Assembly (NCBI GenBank): GCA_028292405.1
Contig: JAQGMJ010000049.1
Coordinates: 8,344-72,343 of the forward strand
DNA: 64,000 bases
DNA from: Betaproteobacteria bacterium
GTDB taxonomy: Bacteria; Pseudomonadota; Gammaproteobacteria; Burkholderiales; JAEUOS01
Reading direction: 5' to 3'
The notes under the pieces were generated by a model that was given only the letters and a program-made list of their open reading frames with translations, had not been told where the DNA came from and made no database searches. Position numbers and translations under genes: made by a program. This document shows positions 20,779-30,253 of this stretch, piece after piece. Every line of letters starts with the position of its first letter. Position 1 is the first letter of the stretch.

Positions 20779-22041
20779 TCAATACGCCGGCTTCGCCTGG
20801 TAATCCACCACCAGGTGCGCCAAGAGCCGCACCCCCAGCAGCAGCCCGCTCTCATCCACATAAAAATACGGCGAGTGGTTCGACGGCGCCTGGTGGGCGT
20901 CCTGCCCTTTTGGGGTGATGCCGATAAAGTAAAACGCGCCGGGAATCTCTTTCTGGAAGTACGAGAAGTCCTCGCCGCCGCCGGTTCTCGGAATGTGGGC
21001 GACGCCTTGTTCACCGGCGACGCGGGTGAGCGTCGGCAGGCTCCATAGCGTCAGCTTGGGGTCGTTCACCGTCACCGGGTAGCCCTTGACCATGTGCACG
21101 TCGGCGGTGGCGCGGCAGGCGCAGGCGATGTTGGTTGCCGTGTCGGCGATGCGCTGGCGCAAGTCTTCGCGCTGGCCTTCGTCGAAGGTGCGGTAGGTGC
21201 CGCGCATCACCACTTCATCGGGAATGATGTTTTCGCGCACCCCGCCGTGGATCGCGCCTATGGTGACCACCGCCGGGTTTTCCATTACGTCCATCTGCCG
21301 CGACACCAAGGTCTGCATGCCGAGGATGATCTGGGCGGAAGCGACGATGGGGTCGACCCCCAGCCAGGGCATGGCACCGTGGGTCTGGCGGCCCTTGACC
21401 GTGATGGAAAAGTTGTCGGTCGAAGCCATCATCGCGCCGGGGCGGTAGCCGATGGTGCCGGCGTTGAGGTGGGAGATCACATGCAGGCCGAAAATCACGT
21501 CCGCCTTCGGGTTGGCCAGGGCGTGCTCCTCGATCATCATCTTGGCGCCGCCGTTTTCACCCTCGGGCAGGCCTTCCTCGGCCGGCTGGAAAATGAATTT
21601 CACCGTGCCGCAAATCTGCTCGCGCAGGCCGGCCAGCAGTTCGGCCACGCCCATCAATATGGCGGTGTGGCAGTCGTGGCCGCAGGCGTGCATGGCGCCG
21701 ACTTCCTGGCCCATCCACTCGGTACGCACCTTGGAGGCGAACGGCACGTCGGCCATTTCGGTCACCGGCAGGGCATCCATGTCGGCGCGCAGCGCCACGC
21801 AGGGGCCGGGCTTGCCGCCTTTGAGCGTCGCCACCACGCCGGTATGGGCCACGGCGACCCGAACCTCGTCCAGCCCCAGGCTGCGCAAATGGTCGGCGAC
21901 GATTTTCGAGGTACGCACCTCGCGGTTGCCCAACTCGGGATGGGCGTGAAAGTCGCGGCGCCAGGCCAGCACCTTGGGTTCGAGGGCGGCGGCGCCGGCT
22001 TCGAGGCGGGCGATCAGGGAGGTTTCGGTCGGGGCATTCAT
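20779..22041 (-). CDS. M20 family amidohydrolase
   Basis: HPELG, LRADMDALP, MHACGHD, FQPAEEG, GEDF, NHSP; start MNAPTE. Confidence 0.92.
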   Translation of the reverse strand: MNAPTETSLIARLEAGAAALEPKVLAWRRDFHAHPELGNREVRTSKIVADHLRSLGLDEVRVAVAHTGVVATLKGGKPGPCVALRADMDALPVTEMADVPFASKVRTEWMGQEVGAMHACGHDCHTAILMGVAELLAGLREQICGTVKFIFQPAEEGLPEGENGGAKMMIEEHALANPKADVIFGLHVISHLNAGTIGYRPGAMMASTDNFSITVKGRQTHGAMPWLGVDPIVASAQIILGMQTLVSRQMDVMENPAVVTIGAIHGGVRENIIPDEVVMRGTYRTFDEGQREDLRQRIADTATNIACACRATADVHMVKGYPVTVNDPKLTLWSLPTLTRVAGEQGVAHIPRTGGGEDFSYFQKEIPGAFYFIGITPKGQDAHQAPSNHSPYFYVDESGLLLGVRLLAHLVVDYQAKPAY

Positions 22042-22158
22042 GATCGGCCTTAAGCGCAACAAGGATGCGGGAATTCTACCCGGCGTGGATCGGGCAAGCC
22101 CGGCGAGGCCGCCAACATGAGAAAACGCCCTGAAAGAAGTCCCTTGGGGGAGCTGAGC

Positions 22159-22325
22159 TTTTTTCGGAAAATCGCGGGCCGTGTCGACCACCAACGTGGT
22201 CGCCTGGGCCAAAACAACGGTAAATCGCGGTGCTTTTTACAAAAAATCGCGGGCTGCGCTGACCATAAGGGTGGTCGCCCGAACCAAAACAACGGTAAAT
22301 CACGGTGCTTTTTCCAAAAATCCGC
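22159..22325. repeat. 75-bp imperfect tandem repeat (about 2.2 copies, degenerate third to about 22380) with conserved bulged hairpin
   Basis: gtggtcgcc at 22196 and 22271; ccaaaacaacggtaaatcRcggtgcttttt occurs twice. Confidence 0.85.
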
Positions 22326-22554
22326 ACCTCGCAGGCCGCATCACACCCAACACATTTGTGGTCGCCGCGGGCCGCAACAGCCTGATTCCGGCGCGGAGCG
22401 GAAGGGCGGCGGGGAGAAGCGGTGGGTGCAGGCATGGTCGATCCGGCCTGGTTTTTTCAGGCTGTTACCTAATATACGCGCTCCGCGCGCCTAGGCGCAC
22501 AGGGGCATGCAAATCAACCGTCTTTAGTTGTTATAATTCAATATTATTTAATTT

Positions 22555-22567
22555 AATCAACATGTTA
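22555..22567 (+). promoter_or_regulatory. IHF-binding consensus within an AT-rich tract
   Basis: aatcaacatgtta matches WATCAANNNNTTR, with an A/T-rich upstream flank. Confidence 0.55.
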
Positions 22568-22634
22568 TTTAAATAATCCAAGTAAATAATCGATTTTATT
22601 TGGCGCGGGCGTTGAGCACTTTCCGAACACACTA

Positions 22635-22670
22635 TTGACATGTGACTAAATAGTAACGTATTGTTAAGCC
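22635..22670 (+). promoter_or_regulatory. Sigma70 promoter with overlapping palindromic ArsR-type operator
   Basis: TTGACA-N18-TATTGT; spacer holds imperfect palindrome gtgacta-aa-tagtaac; ATG is 6 nt after the -10. Confidence 0.65.
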
Positions 22671-23438
22671 ATGGACGACGTCTTCAAAGCCTTAGCCGAC
22701 CCGACGCGCCGCAGCCTGCTCGATGAACTCTTTAGGGAAGACGGACAGACCCTGAGCGCCCTCGAGGCCCGGCTGACGATGACGCGGTTTGGCGTGATGA
22801 AGCACCTCAAGGTGCTGGAAGACGCCGGCATGATCGTGACCCGCCGGCGCGGGCGCGAAAAGCTGCACTTTCTCAACGCCGTGCCGATCCGCCTGGTCCA
22901 CGACCGCTGGGTCAGCAAATTCGCCGAACCCATGGTCGCCCTGATGAGCGACCTCAAACACCAACTGGAGAACCGCACCATGGAAAAAATCTACGAGATC
23001 TACATCAAGACCACCCCGGAACTGCTGTAGCAGGCCATCACCGACAAGACCCTGCGCGCCAAGTACAACTTCGGCGTCGCGGTGGAAAGCGACTGGAAAA
23101 AGGGCTCGGCCTACCAGGGCGTCACCCCAGCCATGCCCACGCCGCTGCTGGAAGGCGAAAACCTGGAAGTCGATCCGCCGAAAAAGCTGGTGCAAAGCTT
23201 CCGCGCCCTGTGGAGCGACAGCGTCAAGGCCGAAGGCACGTCGCGCGTCACCTGGGAGATTGAAAAGGTCGGCAACGACTCCTGCAAGCTGATCGTCACG
23301 CACGACCAGTTGCGCGACGGGGCGAACCCGGAACTGTATGGCGGCTGGCCGATGATTCTTTCCGGGTTGAAGACCCTGCTCGAAACCGGCGGATTGCTGA
23401 CGACGCCGGCTTCACTGCTGTACGCGCCGGCCGCCTGA
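22671..23438 (+). pseudogene. ArsR HTH - SRPBCC/AHSA1 fusion regulator interrupted by in-frame TAG (23028-23030)
   Basis: FKALADPTRR...MKHLKVLE ArsR domain; frame continues YIKTTPELL*QAITD...GGWPMILSGLKTLLETG; TAG sits where Trp is expected. Confidence 0.8.
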
Positions 23439-23673
23439 AGGCGGGGCCGGTCGCGGCCTGCTGGGCCGCAGGTGCGCGGGTGGGATCAATGCTGATGGCA
23501 TTTTGTCTGGCGCGCTGAGTGCGCCAGCGCACAGCCAGGGAGTGTTCATTGCCGTAGGCTGTGCCGGCCACCGCCGAAAATATCGGCGAACGAATACGCC
23601 GAGGTTGAGTCGAACAGGAGAATCCTCCCGGGTCGCAGTCTTCGCCCGGCCCATTCAGCTGGCGAAAGACTCC

Positions 23674-26600
23674 ATGGCGGCGCCCCTGCAAGTATTGTTC
23701 GTTGCCGACAAACCGGCAAATGCCGCCATGGCCCTGTGCGCGCTAAAGCACGGCGGCCTGGCCTGCGCGGCCCGCAGCGTGCGCACCGCCGATGATTTCG
23801 TCCGCGAGATGACGCTGTTGCGCCCGGACGTGATCCTGGCGGAACTGCCCTTCCGCGGCCTGGGCGCCTTGAGCGTGCTGACCCTGGCGCGCGAGCACGC
23901 CGTCGACACGCCGGTGATTTTCCTGGCGATGGCTGCCGCCGAAGGGCAGGCGCTGCAGGCCTTGCAGGCCGGCGCCGCCGACTACGTATTGAACGACAAC
24001 CTGAACCGCTTGCACGCGGCGGTGCTGCGCGCCGTCGATGGCGCGGTCGAGCGCGTGGCCGCCCGGCGCGCGCAGGCGGGCGTGCGCGCGGCGGATGAGC
24101 GATTTCAGGCGGCCTTCGCGCAGGCCGCCGTCGGCATCGCCCACGTGGACGCCGCTGGCCGGATCATCGAAGTCAACCAGCGCCTGGCCGACATGCTGGG
24201 TTACGAGTCGGTGGAAATGGCCGGCATGAGCCTGGGAAGGCTGTCGCATCGCGCCGACATGGACGCCACCGGCAGCTTTCGCCGCGATTTGCGCTCGGGG
24301 CAGATCGACACTTACACCTTCGAAAAGCGCTTCATGCACAAGGACGGCCGGGTCGTCTGGATGCGCATGACGGTCACGCTGATGCCCGCGCGCGACGGCC
24401 AGTCGCTCGACGACATCGTGGTCTTCGAAGACGTGACTGCGGACAAGCGCGAGGCGCAGATTCTCCAGCTCGAGCACGGCGTGGCCACCTGCCTGGCCGA
24501 TGCGACCGAAAACGCGGCGGTGCTCAAGGCCATTCTCTGCGCGATCTGCAAGTGCGAAGGATGGGAGATGGGGCGCTATTTCTGCCTGGACGAGTCGGCC
24601 GGGCTGATGCGCTACGACCTGCTCTGGGGCAAGGATTCGCCGGAAACCGGGCAGATCGAGTTCGCTTCGCGCGGCCTGTCGTTTTCGCGCGGCGAAGGCT
24701 TGGTGGGCGCGGTGTGGCAATCAGGTGAATCGCTGTGGATGGCGCAAGCCGGCGACGAGCCGGAAGGCGGGCGGCGCGACGCTGCCTGCGCGGCCAACCT
24801 GCATGTGGGCTACGCGGTGCCGGCCAGCGCGGGCGGCGCGATGGTCGGCGTAATGGTGTTCAGCGGCGTGACGCAGGCGCCGGATGCGCGCCTGATGCGC
24901 GCGATGCGGGTGATCGGCGGGCAGGTCGGCCAGTATATGGAGCGGCGCACGCAGCAGCGCCATATCGCGCGCCTGAACCGCATCTACAAGGTACTCAGCG
25001 GCATCAATTCGCTGATCGTGCGCGCCGGCGACCGCGGCGAGCTGTTTCGCGAGGCCTGCCGCATCGCCGTTGACGACGGGCGCTTTTCGCTGGCCTGGCT
25101 GGGCATGGTCGACCGCCGCAGCATGCAGCTCGAAGTGGCAGCCGCCCAGGACACCACCCAGGGCTATATGGAGTTGATTCCGCTCGGGCTGACGGAGGAC
25201 GCGCCGGGCGGACTTTCCCTGGCGGGGCGGGCGATCGCCGGGGGCAAGCCGGTGATCATCAACAATATCGAATTCAGTTCGCTGGCGCTGAAGGCCGAGG
25301 CGCTGGCGCAGGGCCTGCGCTCGATGGTGGCATTGCCGCTGCTCGATCCCGTCGGCGCCATCGGGGTGCTGTGCCTGTATGCCGATACCACGCATTTTTT
25401 CGACCAGGAAGAGATGAAGCTGCTGCAGGAACTGGCGGGCGACATTTCCTTCGCCATCGACCACCTGGAAAAGGCGGAGCGGCTCAATTACCTGGCTTAT
25501 TACGATGCGCTCACCGGCTTTGCCAACCGCACCCTGTTTCTCGAGCGGGTGGGGGCGCGCATCGAGACGGCGCGTGTCCGCGGGCAGCGCCTGGCGGTGA
25601 TGGTGGTGGACATCGACCGCTTCAAGCTGATCAACGAATCGCTGGGCCGCGCCGCCGGCGACCTGCTGCTGCAGCAGGTGGCGGGGCGCTTTCCGCAGGG
25701 CGCGGCCGACCAGGCGCGCTATGCGCGCATCGGCGCCGACCAGTTCGCGGTGGTGATCCCGGAGGTGGAGTCGGAGGAGGCGCTGGCGCTGCACATCGAG
25801 GGCAAGGTGGAGAACACCGCCGGCAAGGGTTTCAACATCGGCGGCACCGAGCTGCGGATCTCCGCGCGCATGGGCGTGACCCTGTACCCTGACGACGCGG
25901 AAAACGCCGAGGGGCTGCTGGCCAATGCGCTGTCGGCGCTCAAGCGCGCCAAGACGGGCGGCGAGAAATACGTGTTTTACCGGCAGCAGATGAGCGACCG
26001 GGTGGTGGGTCGCCTCAACCTGGAAAGCCAGTTGCGGCAGGCGCTGGAGCGCGGCGAATTCGTGCTGCACTACCAGCCGAAGATGCACCTGGCGAGCCGG
26101 CGCATCGAGTCGGTGGAAGCGCTGATCCGCTGGAACAGCCCGCAACTGGGCCTGGTGCCGCCGGTGCAGTTCATTTCGCTGATGGAGCAGACCGGGCTGA
26201 TCCTGGAGGTCGGCGCCTGGGCGCTGCGCCAGGCGGCCGCCGACTATTGTTCGATGCTGGGGCTGGAGGCGCCGCCGCTGCGCATCGCGGTGAACGTGTC
26301 GCCGATCCAGTTGCGGCGGCGCAATTTCGTCGACATGGTGCAGCGCGCGCTGGGCGAGGGCGATGGGGCGCCCGGCATCGACCTGGAGATCACCGAAAGC
26401 CTGATGATGGAAGACATCGATGGCAACATCGACAAGCTGATGGCGGTGCGCGCGCTCGGGCTGAACATTGCGATCGACGATTTCGGCACCGGCTATTCAT
26501 CGCTGGGCTACCTGGCGCGCCTGCCGGCCGACGCGCTGAAGATCGACCGCTCCTTCATTATCTCGATGCTGCAGGAGCCGCACACGCTGACCCTGGTGGC

Positions 26601-26823
26601 GACCATCATTTCGCTGGCGCATACCCTCAATCTGCAGGTGATTGCCGAAGGCGTGGATTCGATGGCGCAACTGGAGATGCTCGCTTCGCTGGGCTGCGAC
26701 CAGGTGCAGGGCTTTTTGATCAGCCGGCCGCTGCCGCTGGCCGAGATGCTGGCGCTGAAGCGCGATTGGCCGGGGCTGGCGCTGCTGCCGGGGACGGCGG
26801 CCGAGGTGTCGCTGGTCGCGTAG
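23674..26823 (+). CDS. REC-PAS-GAF-GAF-GGDEF-EAL c-di-GMP signalling protein
   Basis: AGAADYV, PAS (HKDGRVVW), two GAF regions, YDALTG, degenerate GADQF, VEALIRW, IDDFGTG; start set at MAAPLQV. Confidence 0.88.
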   Translation: MAAPLQVLFVADKPANAAMALCALKHGGLACAARSVRTADDFVREMTLLRPDVILAELPFRGLGALSVLTLAREHAVDTPVIFLAMAAAEGQALQALQAGAADYVLNDNLNRLHAAVLRAVDGAVERVAARRAQAGVRAADERFQAAFAQAAVGIAHVDAAGRIIEVNQRLADMLGYESVEMAGMSLGRLSHRADMDATGSFRRDLRSGQIDTYTFEKRFMHKDGRVVWMRMTVTLMPARDGQSLDDIVVFEDVTADKREAQILQLEHGVATCLADATENAAVLKAILCAICKCEGWEMGRYFCLDESAGLMRYDLLWGKDSPETGQIEFASRGLSFSRGEGLVGAVWQSGESLWMAQAGDEPEGGRRDAACAANLHVGYAVPASAGGAMVGVMVFSGVTQAPDARLMRAMRVIGGQVGQYMERRTQQRHIARLNRIYKVLSGINSLIVRAGDRGELFREACRIAVDDGRFSLAWLGMVDRRSMQLEVAAAQDTTQGYMELIPLGLTEDAPGGLSLAGRAIAGGKPVIINNIEFSSLALKAEALAQGLRSMVALPLLDPVGAIGVLCLYADTTHFFDQEEMKLLQELAGDISFAIDHLEKAERLNYLAYYDALTGFANRTLFLERVGARIETARVRGQRLAVMVVDIDRFKLINESLGRAAGDLLLQQVAGRFPQGAADQARYARIGADQFAVVIPEVESEEALALHIEGKVENTAGKGFNIGGTELRISARMGVTLYPDDAENAEGLLANALSALKRAKTGGEKYVFYRQQMSDRVVGRLNLESQLRQALERGEFVLHYQPKMHLASRRIESVEALIRWNSPQLGLVPPVQFISLMEQTGLILEVGAWALRQAAADYCSMLGLEAPPLRIAVNVSPIQLRRRNFVDMVQRALGEGDGAPGIDLEITESLMMEDIDGNIDKLMAVRALGLNIAIDDFGTGYSSLGYLARLPADALKIDRSFIISMLQEPHTLTLVATIISLAHTLNLQVIAEGVDSMAQLEMLASLGCDQVQGFLISRPLPLAEMLALKRDWPGLALLPGTAAEVSLVA

Positions 26824-26883
26824 TTCAGCGCTGAACCCGGGCGCGCCGCGCCGGCGGCGGCTTGTGCCGGGTATGATTGCGTC

Positions 26884-28383
26884 ATGGAACAATCTACTGC
26901 CCCGAACCGAGGCAGGCTCGCCGCGATTGCGCGCGATGCGTTGAAAGAACGCGGCCTGCTGCCTGAATTCTCTCCTGCCGTTATCGACGAACTGCACCAG
27001 ATAGCGCAGGCCGCGGCGGCAGCGCCGCCACAACCGGGCGAAGGCATGCGCGACTTGCGCGAGTTGCCCTGGGCTTCGATCGACAATGACGATTCGCGCG
27101 ACCTCGACCAGTTGTCGGTGTCGGGAAACGCGGCTTCGGGGGCGACCATCATCATGGTGGCGGTGGCTGATGTGGATGCGCTGGTCAAGCGCGGCTCGGC
27201 GATCGACGAGCATGCGGCGACCAATACGACCTCGGTCTATACCGCCGGGGGTATTTTCCCGATGCTGCCGGAACAGTTATCTACCGACCTGACTTCGCTA
27301 AACGAAGGGGTGGACCGGCTGGCCATCGTGGTCGAGATGACCGTGAATCAGGACGGCACGGTGCAGGCCTCCGACGTGTATCGCGCGCTGGTGCGCAACC
27401 ACGCCAAGCTGGCGTACAACGCGGTGGCGGCGTGGCTGGATGGCGGGGCGATGCCGCCGCATTTGCAGTCGCTGCTGGCGAAGTTTCCGGCGCTGGAAGA
27501 ACAACTGCGGACGCAGGACCGGGTGGCGCAGGCGATGCGCAAGCTGCGGCATGAGCATGGCGCGCTGCGCCTGCAGACGCCGGAGGCACAGGCGGTGTTC
27601 GACGGCGGTGAGCTGGTGGACCTGCAGGAGGAGCAGCCGAACCGCGCCAAGCAGTTGATCGAGGAATTCATGGTGGCCGCCAACGGCGTGGTGGCGAAGT
27701 TTCTCGCGGCCAAGGGCTTTTCATCGTTGCGGCGGGTGCTGCGCTCGCCGGAGCGCTGGGAGCGCATCGTGCAACTGGCGAAGGTGCTGGGCGAGAAGCT
27801 GCCGGGCGAGCCGGACTCGCGGGCGCTGGACGCCTTCCTGGTCAAGCAGCGCGACGCCAACCCGGCGGCGTTTCCGGACCTTTCGCTGTCGGTGGTGAAG
27901 CTGCTGGGGCGGGGCGAATACGCGGTGGAGGTGCCGGGGCAAAAGGCCGAGGGGCATTTCGCGCTGGCGGTGAACGACTACACCCACTCTACTGCGCCGA
28001 ACCGGCGCTTTCCCGACCTGATCACCCAGCGCCAGTTGAAGGCGGCGCTGGCCGGCGTAGCGCCGCCGTATAGCGACGATGAGTTGACCGGGCTGGCGGC
28101 GCATTGCACGACGGAGGAGGCCAATGTTTCCAAGGTCGAGCGCCTGGTGGCGAAGTCGGCGGCGGCGCAACTGCTGGTGCCGCGCATCGGCCAGCATTTC
28201 GACGGCATCGTCACCGGGGCTTCGGACAAGGGCACCTGGGTGCGCATCAGCCACCCGGCGGCGGAGGGGCGGGTGGTCAAGGGTGCCAAGGGGCTGGATG
28301 TGGGCGACCGGGTGAAGGTGACGCTGCTGGGCGCCGATGTGGGGCGCGGCTTTATCGACTTCGGGCGTGATGGGGTGCGTTAG
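26884..28383 (+). CDS. RNB-domain ribonuclease (RNase II/R family)
   Basis: SIDNDDSRDLDQ, LIEEFM, YTHSTAPNRRFPDL, C-terminal S1-like region. Confidence 0.9.
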   Translation: MEQSTAPNRGRLAAIARDALKERGLLPEFSPAVIDELHQIAQAAAAAPPQPGEGMRDLRELPWASIDNDDSRDLDQLSVSGNAASGATIIMVAVADVDALVKRGSAIDEHAATNTTSVYTAGGIFPMLPEQLSTDLTSLNEGVDRLAIVVEMTVNQDGTVQASDVYRALVRNHAKLAYNAVAAWLDGGAMPPHLQSLLAKFPALEEQLRTQDRVAQAMRKLRHEHGALRLQTPEAQAVFDGGELVDLQEEQPNRAKQLIEEFMVAANGVVAKFLAAKGFSSLRRVLRSPERWERIVQLAKVLGEKLPGEPDSRALDAFLVKQRDANPAAFPDLSLSVVKLLGRGEYAVEVPGQKAEGHFALAVNDYTHSTAPNRRFPDLITQRQLKAALAGVAPPYSDDELTGLAAHCTTEEANVSKVERLVAKSAAAQLLVPRIGQHFDGIVTGASDKGTWVRISHPAAEGRVVKGAKGLDVGDRVKVTLLGADVGRGFIDFGRDGVR

Positions 28384-28415
28384 GCGCGGGGCACTAGCCA
28401 CGGGGTATTAGCCGT

Positions 28416-28793
28416 CTAGACAGCGCGATTAGGTGGCCGCGCGCGCGGCCACGCGCAAATAAGCCGAGGGGATCTGCCCACGCTGGCGCTGAACATCGTC
28501 GTGAACGAGGCCGGGCTGGCGTAGCCCAGGTCCAGCGCTACCGTGGTTACCGCTTCGCCGCGCAGCAGGCGCGGCAGGGCGGCGAACAGGCAGGCGCGGC
28601 GCTGCCAGGCGGCGAAAGTGAGGCCGGTTTCGCTCTTGAAGCGGCGGATGATGCTGCGCCGGCTCACGCCCAATTCTTGGCACCATAACTCGATGGTGTC
28701 TTGTGCGTTGGGCCGCTCGACGAAGCGGCGGCAGCGCGCGGTGAGCTTGCGTGCAGCTACGCCTTTGGCGGGGATTGCCGCGGTGGCGGGCAT
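28416..28793 (-). pseudogene. AraC-family HTH domain lacking N-terminal sensor (fragment)
   Basis: GVSRRSIIRRFKSETGLTF..W, VTTVALDLGYASPASFTTMF; N-terminus unrecognisable. Confidence 0.65.
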
Positions 28794-28878
28794 ACGCCTG
28801 GCGCGATTGCCTATGGCTGGCAGTTGCCGGTGTTCCGGCTCGGCAATTGAGCGTTGGGGGGCCGGCGTCCGGCCCGGC

Positions 28879-29274
28879 TTATTTCTTGGCGGTGGGGATG
28901 GCGCAGCCGCTGTAGTTGATCTGCGGGCCGTCGCTCAGGGAAACGTCCGCGCCGTCGATGGTCAAGGTGGCGACGCCGTTGGTGTAGCGTTTGGGGTCGT
29001 CCTTGTCCTTGTCGAGGCGGATCTGGCGGTCGGTGTAGATCACCCACATGGCGTCGTCGGGCAGCTTGCGCAGGTAGAAGCTGGCGTTGTTGGCGCAGGC
29101 GTATTGCACGGCGTTTTCCGGCGGCGGCACGCGGCCGGTGTCGTCGCGGCCGAAGGGCCAGAGGCTGCCCATGCTGCAGCCGGCCAGGGCGAAGCTGGCG
29201 CACAGGGCGGCGCAGCGGACGAGAGGGCGAGCGAGGGAATGAACAAGCGGGCGGACGAGAATGGGTGCGTTCAT
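28879..29274 (-). CDS. MliC-like lipoprotein (lysozyme-inhibitor fold)
   Basis: Lipobox LAGC, YACAN, RYTNG, terminal GC; start set at MNAPIL. Confidence 0.65.
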   Translation of the reverse strand: MNAPILVRPLVHSLARPLVRCAALCASFALAGCSMGSLWPFGRDDTGRVPPPENAVQYACANNASFYLRKLPDDAMWVIYTDRQIRLDKDKDDPKRYTNGVATLTIDGADVSLSDGPQINYSGCAIPTAKK

Positions 29275-29445
29275 GGGGTGCGGCCAGGCGGATTGCGAGT
29301 GGGGCGCAGTATATAAGCAAATGGGGTAAACCAGTCCCGCGCGAGAGGCGGGCGGCGGGATGGATGACGCACATAACGTGCTGCGGCTTGACGCACGGCG
29401 TGCGCGTAGTAGGCTTCGCGGTTTCCTTCTCAGCGGAAGCACGCC

Positions 29446-30225
29446 ATGTATTCAAAGAAACTCGTCATCCCCAGCGCCCAGCCGCATGTGACCCCGGAAG
29501 AGTGGGACGCGCGCATCAACCTGGCGGCCTGCTACCGGCTGGTGGCGATGTACGGCATGGCGGAGATGATCGCCAACCACATCTCGGTGGCGGTGCCGGG
29601 CGAGGAGGGGGCCTTCCTGATCAACGCCTACGGCATGCTTTACGAAGAGATCACCGCTTCTTCCCTCATCAAGATCAACATCGAGGGAGAGGTGTTGATG
29701 AAGCCGGACTTCCAGTACAACTTCAACCGCGCGGGCTTCGTGATCCACAGCGCTATTCACAAGGCGCGGCCGGAGGTGAAGTGCATCATCCATACGCATA
29801 CGTGGCCTGGGATGGCGGTGTCGGCGATGGAGTGCGGGCTGTTGCCGATGACGCAGACGTCGATGCGTTTTTCGAAAGTCGGCTACCACGACTATGAAGG
29901 CGTGGCGGTGAACATGGACGAGCAGGAGCGGCTGGTGCGCGACCTGGGGGATGCGGATGCGCTGATCTTGCGCAACCACGGGTTGTTGACGGTGGCGCCT
30001 TCGATTCCGGAGGCGTTTTCCAACATCTATCGGCTGGAGCTTTCGTGCAAGGCGCAGATCGCGGCGCTTTCCTGCGTTGGCGACAAGGTGATGCTGCCGA
30101 CGCCGGCGGTGGTGGACCTGACCAACCACCTGTACAAGCCGACCACGCGCCGGCCTTACGGCATTCTGGAATGGCCGGCGTTGCTGCGCCAACTGGACCG
30201 GCACGATACGTCGTATTGCGAATAA
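29446..30225 (+). CDS. Class II aldolase/adducin family protein
   Basis: NHISV, EITASSL, GFVIHSAIH, IHTHT, LRNHG. Confidence 0.92.
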   Translation: MYSKKLVIPSAQPHVTPEEWDARINLAACYRLVAMYGMAEMIANHISVAVPGEEGAFLINAYGMLYEEITASSLIKINIEGEVLMKPDFQYNFNRAGFVIHSAIHKARPEVKCIIHTHTWPGMAVSAMECGLLPMTQTSMRFSKVGYHDYEGVAVNMDEQERLVRDLGDADALILRNHGLLTVAPSIPEAFSNIYRLELSCKAQIAALSCVGDKVMLPTPAVVDLTNHLYKPTTRRPYGILEWPALLRQLDRHDTSYCE

Positions 30226-30253
30226 GCGGCGGCTAAAAAAGACAGGAGACAAG

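Noticed and set aside
22159-22380. CRISPR array (repeat containing CCAAAAC next to an AT-rich leader-like tract)
   Set aside because: Only two full repeats, the putative spacers are homologous to each other, and no cas genes are in the window.
22526-22554. dif-like XerCD site (agttgttataa-ttcaata-ttatttaattt)
   Set aside because: The spacer is 7 bp rather than 6 and the XerD arm deviates from TTATGTTAAAT at several positions.
23028-23030. Pyrrolysine or genome-wide TAG recoding
   Set aside because: TAG is a normal stop for many genes here (e.g. rnhA, mltD), no pyl genes are present, and one TGG-to-TAG change explains it.
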